A stretch of DNA of 61,491 bases, counting the filler, from Candidatus Fermentibacterota bacterium (GTDB taxonomy: Bacteria > JAFGKV01): NCBI GenBank assembly GCA_016928395.1. It is 3 parts of 3 records of this genome, joined end to end, with 100 filler letters (N's around TTAATTAATTAA, not from the genome) between each part and the next. Parts side by side here need not be neighbours in the genome. Positions count along the whole stretch, not along the records: positions 48,806 to 61,491 come from JAFGKV010000214.1; 2 more parts are not named here. The stretch is one strand, 5' to 3'. The stretch's first letter is position 1. Every line of letters begins with the position of its first letter. Shown piece after piece: positions 58,317 to 61,491 of this stretch. Below the pieces are notes generated by a model. The model made no database searches, was not told where the DNA came from, and saw only the letters and a list, made by a program, of their open reading frames with translations. A program made the translations under genes and the position numbers.

Positions 58317-58815
58317 TGAGGAGCACGAAGGACGTCACCCGGTATGACCGGGTGATCCAGAGCTGGGTCCAGATGCTCCTGCCTGGATTGCCCGATCGAG
58401 TCGGGCAATGACGGGGATACGATCAGGAGGCAGTCCGGGCAGCGAAACAGATAACTGCGAACTGTGAACTGTCACCCTGTCTGAGAGAACATGCAAAGCT
58501 GTGATCTCACACACGTGCTCGTGCTCGACTGCCCGGCTCGTCGATTACGACTACGACAACGATACCGACCCCGAGCCCCGCCCCCGGCGGGCGACCTGGG
58601 GTGCATGGACAGAGTAGGAGGGCCTTCAGGCCCGACACGGGCGGCGGTCGGAGTTCCGCCCCTACAATGCCTGCCGTTCCTCGCAGCGCTGGGCGGGCCT
58701 GACAGCTGACAGCCGACAGCCAACAGCCAACCATACTCTCCACCTCGAAAACCTGGGTACAGTCGCATCCAGAGGCCCCAATGACAACTGATGACCGTGA
58801 ACCGTGAACTGTGAG
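58317..58815 (+). repeat. Most complete copy of the modular intergenic element
   Basis: Contains the 48814-type palindrome, TGTCTGAGAG, CTCGTG/CGACTACGA arms, GTAG..CTAC palindromes, GACAGCY heptamers, TACTCTC..CAGAGGCC and GTGAAC heptamers on both sides. Confidence 0.85.
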
Positions 58816-58827
58816 CGGAGCGAGCTC

Positions 58828-59559
58828 CTACCAGATCTCGCGGCGGTCCTTGAGGCTGAAGATGCGCATGCCTCCGGTCTCGCTGCGGGCCACGAGCTCT
58901 GGAGTCTCGTCACCCTCAATGTCTAGCAGGAACAACTCACGCCCAAAGGATTCTCCCAGATCCCATTCCGCCTGGAAGAACACGGTGCTCAAGACGATTC
59001 CCGAGCTGAGGACAATCTCCAGCTCACCGTCGCCATCCACATCGGCCACGAGGCAATCTGTCGCGGTGGTCGCGTCAGCGCTTGTCCACTCCTTGAAGTG
59101 GTTTGCGCCGTCGACGATAACGAGTCGACCACCCGTCAGCAGGAGGATTTCCAACTGGGGATCCTGGTCAACGTTTGCCACCACGAGGGCAGTGATGGAG
59201 GGGTAGGTCTCATCTTGACTCCGCCACAGTGACGCCAAGGTCTCCCCGTCATAGACGGCGAGTTGCCCATCGGAAGTCGCGATTACGATGTCGATGCCGC
59301 CAAGCCCGTCAAGATCCGCCGCCGCCAGGGCGCGCACCGCCGCCGAAACGCCCACCTGCTTCGTCTCACGAAACCCACTGCCTTTGTCATCAAGGCGATG
59401 CAGGCGCCCGCCTTCATCACCGTAGTACAGTGTCACGCGGCCCGAGTCGTCAGCCACCATGGCCATGGGTTCCCATAGCCGGGGTAAACAGTGCGTGTCG
59501 GACGCGGCAGTAAGCGTCAAAGGCAGACTGACAGCGATACAAAGGAAGCCTGCGTTCAT
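58828..59559 (-). CDS. Secreted FG-GAP/VCBS-like repeat protein
   Basis: Signal peptide; ADLDGLGGIDI, ANVDQDPQLEI, ADVDGDGELEI, DIEGDETPEL repeats; GGAGG RBS. Confidence 0.8.
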   Translation of the reverse strand: MNAGFLCIAVSLPLTLTAASDTHCLPRLWEPMAMVADDSGRVTLYYGDEGGRLHRLDDKGSGFRETKQVGVSAAVRALAAADLDGLGGIDIVIATSDGQLAVYDGETLASLWRSQDETYPSITALVVANVDQDPQLEILLLTGGRLVIVDGANHFKEWTSADATTATDCLVADVDGDGELEIVLSSGIVLSTVFFQAEWDLGESFGRELFLLDIEGDETPELVARSETGGMRIFSLKDRREIW

Positions 59560-59641
59560 CTTCCACCTCCGCGTAGAGAAGAATCCCAACTACGTACAAC
59601 AGGTAGAACTCCGGCGACGGCCCTAGTAGACGCCTGCATCG

Positions 59642-59926
59642 TCATGGACGGTTGCGCCTGTAGTGAGCCAGCGTCGCGAGTGAGATTGTCATGATAGAGG
59701 CGGCCGATCCACACACGCCTGCCAGGAGATTGATGCCGCCGGGCGATGGCCCTGGCCCAACCTGCAACGCGTCTGCAAGCCAGCCAAAGAAAAACCCGCT
59801 GACCAATCCAAGGACGATAAGCCCCTTGAGTCCACCGGTCGGTCGCCGGGGCAAAGCCTCTTCGGCGAGCCACCCCAGGACGGCAGTAGCTATGGCCAGC
59901 ACCCCAAAGCCGACCGTGGTGTTCAC
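59642..59926 (-). CDS. Small 3-TM membrane protein (GlsB/YeaQ/YmgE-like)
   Basis: Gly-rich hydrophobic segments (VLGWLA, IVLGLVSGFFFGWL); GTGA coupled to hflX stop. Confidence 0.6.
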   Translation of the reverse strand: MNTTVGFGVLAIATAVLGWLAEEALPRRPTGGLKGLIVLGLVSGFFFGWLADALQVGPGPSPGGINLLAGVCGSAASIMTISLATLAHYRRNRP

Positions 59927-61062
59927 GATGTGGCCCGCACTGAAGCCGATGCCTTCGCCGCATCCGCCGATCTCGAGGTACGCGCGCGCATGAGTTGCAC
60001 AAGATGCAAGAGCCCCTCCCGCGTCAGAGCCGAGACCGCCGCAGCGCCAGGTCCATGCAGCGAAACCAAGGCTTCGGCGCCTTCCGCCAGGCGGTCGATC
60101 TTGTTGAGTACCACTATCCGATCCACATGGGCGGCACCGATCTCCTCCAATGTGGCCGTCACCACACCAAGCCGGCGTTCCATGTCCATGGTGGCAGCAT
60201 CGACTACGACCAGCAACAGGTCGGCTTGGGCCACTTCCTCCAGAGTGGAATGAAAGGCAGCCACCAAGTGATGGGGGAGTCGATCGACAAAGCCCACGGT
60301 GTCGGTGAGTAGGGCATTCACTCCGTCGCCAAGGTGGAGGCGGCGGGTTGTCGGATCGAGGGTCATGAAGGGCTGATCCGCCACCGGCAGTGAGCTCTTG
60401 GTGAGGCCGTTCATGAGGGTTGTCTTGCCGGCATTGGTGTAGCCCACGAGCGATACCCGAAACAAATCCCGTCGCCGCTCACGGACAAGGTGCCGATGGC
60501 GCTCCACCGAACGAAGGCGACCCTTGAGGGCGGCAATGCGCCCACGAACGGTTCGCCGGTCAGTCTCTAGTTGGGTCTCTCCCGGGCCTCTGGTACCGAT
60601 TCCTCCCCCCGTGCGGGAGAGGTGTACCCACATGCGAGTGAGCCGGGGCAGCAGGTACTGATACTGGGCCAGCTCAACTTGGAGTTTTGCCTCGCGGGTG
60701 CGCGCCCGCGCCGCGAAGATGTCGAGGATGACCTCGGTACGGTCTATGACCTTGATACCCATCGCGGCCTCCAGGTTTCGCACCTGGGCCGGCATCAGAT
60801 CCTGATCAACCACCAGGGTATCGGCCTCTGCAGCGTGTGCCTTTGCGGCAAGGTCGCTGACCTTACCCTGACCAAAGAAGTGACCCGCGCCGGGACGGGA
60901 GCGTTTCTGCACTTCCGAACCCACCACCCGGGCGCCGGCTGCGCGCACCAAGCCACCCAGTTCATCCATAGACTGTTCGATCTCCCACGCCGACGATGCC
61001 GGGGAGTATAGCCCGGCGAGGAACGCTTTCTCAAGCTTGCGGTACGGTGCAAGTTCTATCAA
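59923..61062 (-). CDS. hflX: GTPase HflX
   Basis: VILDIFAARA, GGGIGTRGPGETQLE, VGYTNAGKTT, TDTVGF, NKID; TTG start at 61062 with GGAG inferred. Confidence 0.96.
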   Translation of the reverse strand: MIELAPYRKLEKAFLAGLYSPASSAWEIEQSMDELGGLVRAAGARVVGSEVQKRSRPGAGHFFGQGKVSDLAAKAHAAEADTLVVDQDLMPAQVRNLEAAMGIKVIDRTEVILDIFAARARTREAKLQVELAQYQYLLPRLTRMWVHLSRTGGGIGTRGPGETQLETDRRTVRGRIAALKGRLRSVERHRHLVRERRRDLFRVSLVGYTNAGKTTLMNGLTKSSLPVADQPFMTLDPTTRRLHLGDGVNALLTDTVGFVDRLPHHLVAAFHSTLEEVAQADLLLVVVDAATMDMERRLGVVTATLEEIGAAHVDRIVVLNKIDRLAEGAEALVSLHGPGAAAVSALTREGLLHLVQLMRARTSRSADAAKASASVRATS

Positions 61063-61348
61063 GACAGCTCCGATCTCCGGCCGAAGGGACAAGGCAAAGT
61101 ATGCCGGTTCCGGCAAGGAACATCTCGCGATGACCCGCCAAGGTCAAGGCGCCCGAGGGCGACGGATAGGCCGCGCCGACGTTCCAAGGCACCTAAACCA
61201 AGATGCCCGACGGACGTGCTCGCCGTTCGCAGGCGACCTCACTCGCACTGCGGTAATCGTTCGAGTAGGTGACACAGACGGAGTTCCCCACGCCGGCCAT
61301 CGCTCCCGGCAGGGGCTTCGGATTACGGGAGATGGAGGCCGACGCCTG

Positions 61349-61376
61349 ACGGGGAGCGGGAACGCCCGCTCCCCGT
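61349..61376 (-). terminator. 12-bp stem hairpin downstream of the partial terminal gene
   Basis: ACGGGGAGCGGG-AACG-CCCGCTCCCCGT, ~19 nt after stop at 61395; no clear U tract. Confidence 0.5.
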
Positions 61377-61394
61377 TGCGTAGGCCGGTCGAGG

Positions 61395-61491
61395 CTACTG
61401 TTGAATCTCGAAGTCGAACTCACCCGTGGCTGCGGAGGCGGCCGACTCATTGCTCGCCGCATCCACCGCCGTAATCCGATAGAAATAGTTC
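61395..61491 (-). CDS. C-terminal end of a protein with fibronectin type III-like domain (partial)
   Basis: Minus strand reads NYFYRITAVDAASNESAASAATGEFDFEIQQ-stop; not in the ORF track. Confidence 0.7.
   Translation of the reverse strand, partial: NYFYRITAVDAASNESAASAATGEFDFEIQQ

Overview
GC-rich bacterial draft/MAG sequence made of three contigs joined by artificial 100-bp N-TTAATTAATTAA-N linkers (28603-28702, 48706-48805), so adjacency across those points is meaningless. Contig 1: vapBC-type TA pair with operator; ECF sigma / membrane anti-sigma-like / exported caspase-family operon next to a class III nucleotide cyclase; dnaE-accA-lepB; a lipoprotein; an uncharacterised three-membrane-protein cassette; ABC-2 permease; truA; SGNH hydrolase; OM beta-barrel; 2134-aa C25 (gingipain-family) peptidase; membrane-fused spermidine-synthase-like protein. 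Contig 2: tandem dynamin-like GTPases, DUF456-like protein, FMN glutamate-synthase-family protein and a ~14-kb purine operon (guaB purA purM purL purQ purH purC-purE purB purD purN). Contig 3: Fe-S protein, M14 carboxypeptidase, hypotheticals, dsbD-trxA, B3/B4 protein, FG-GAP protein, hflX. Best leads: (1) a PurC + class II PurE fusion with the domain order of animal PAICS, with no purK in the visible operon; (2) a DsbD whose thioredoxin domain appears split/circularly permuted around the membrane domain; (3) the three-gene membrane cassette; (4) a multi-copy modular intergenic element with swappable cargo, plus a four-helix-bundle gene remnant in its repeat arms; (5) the exported caspase signalling operon. 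All family calls are by eye and need database confirmation.
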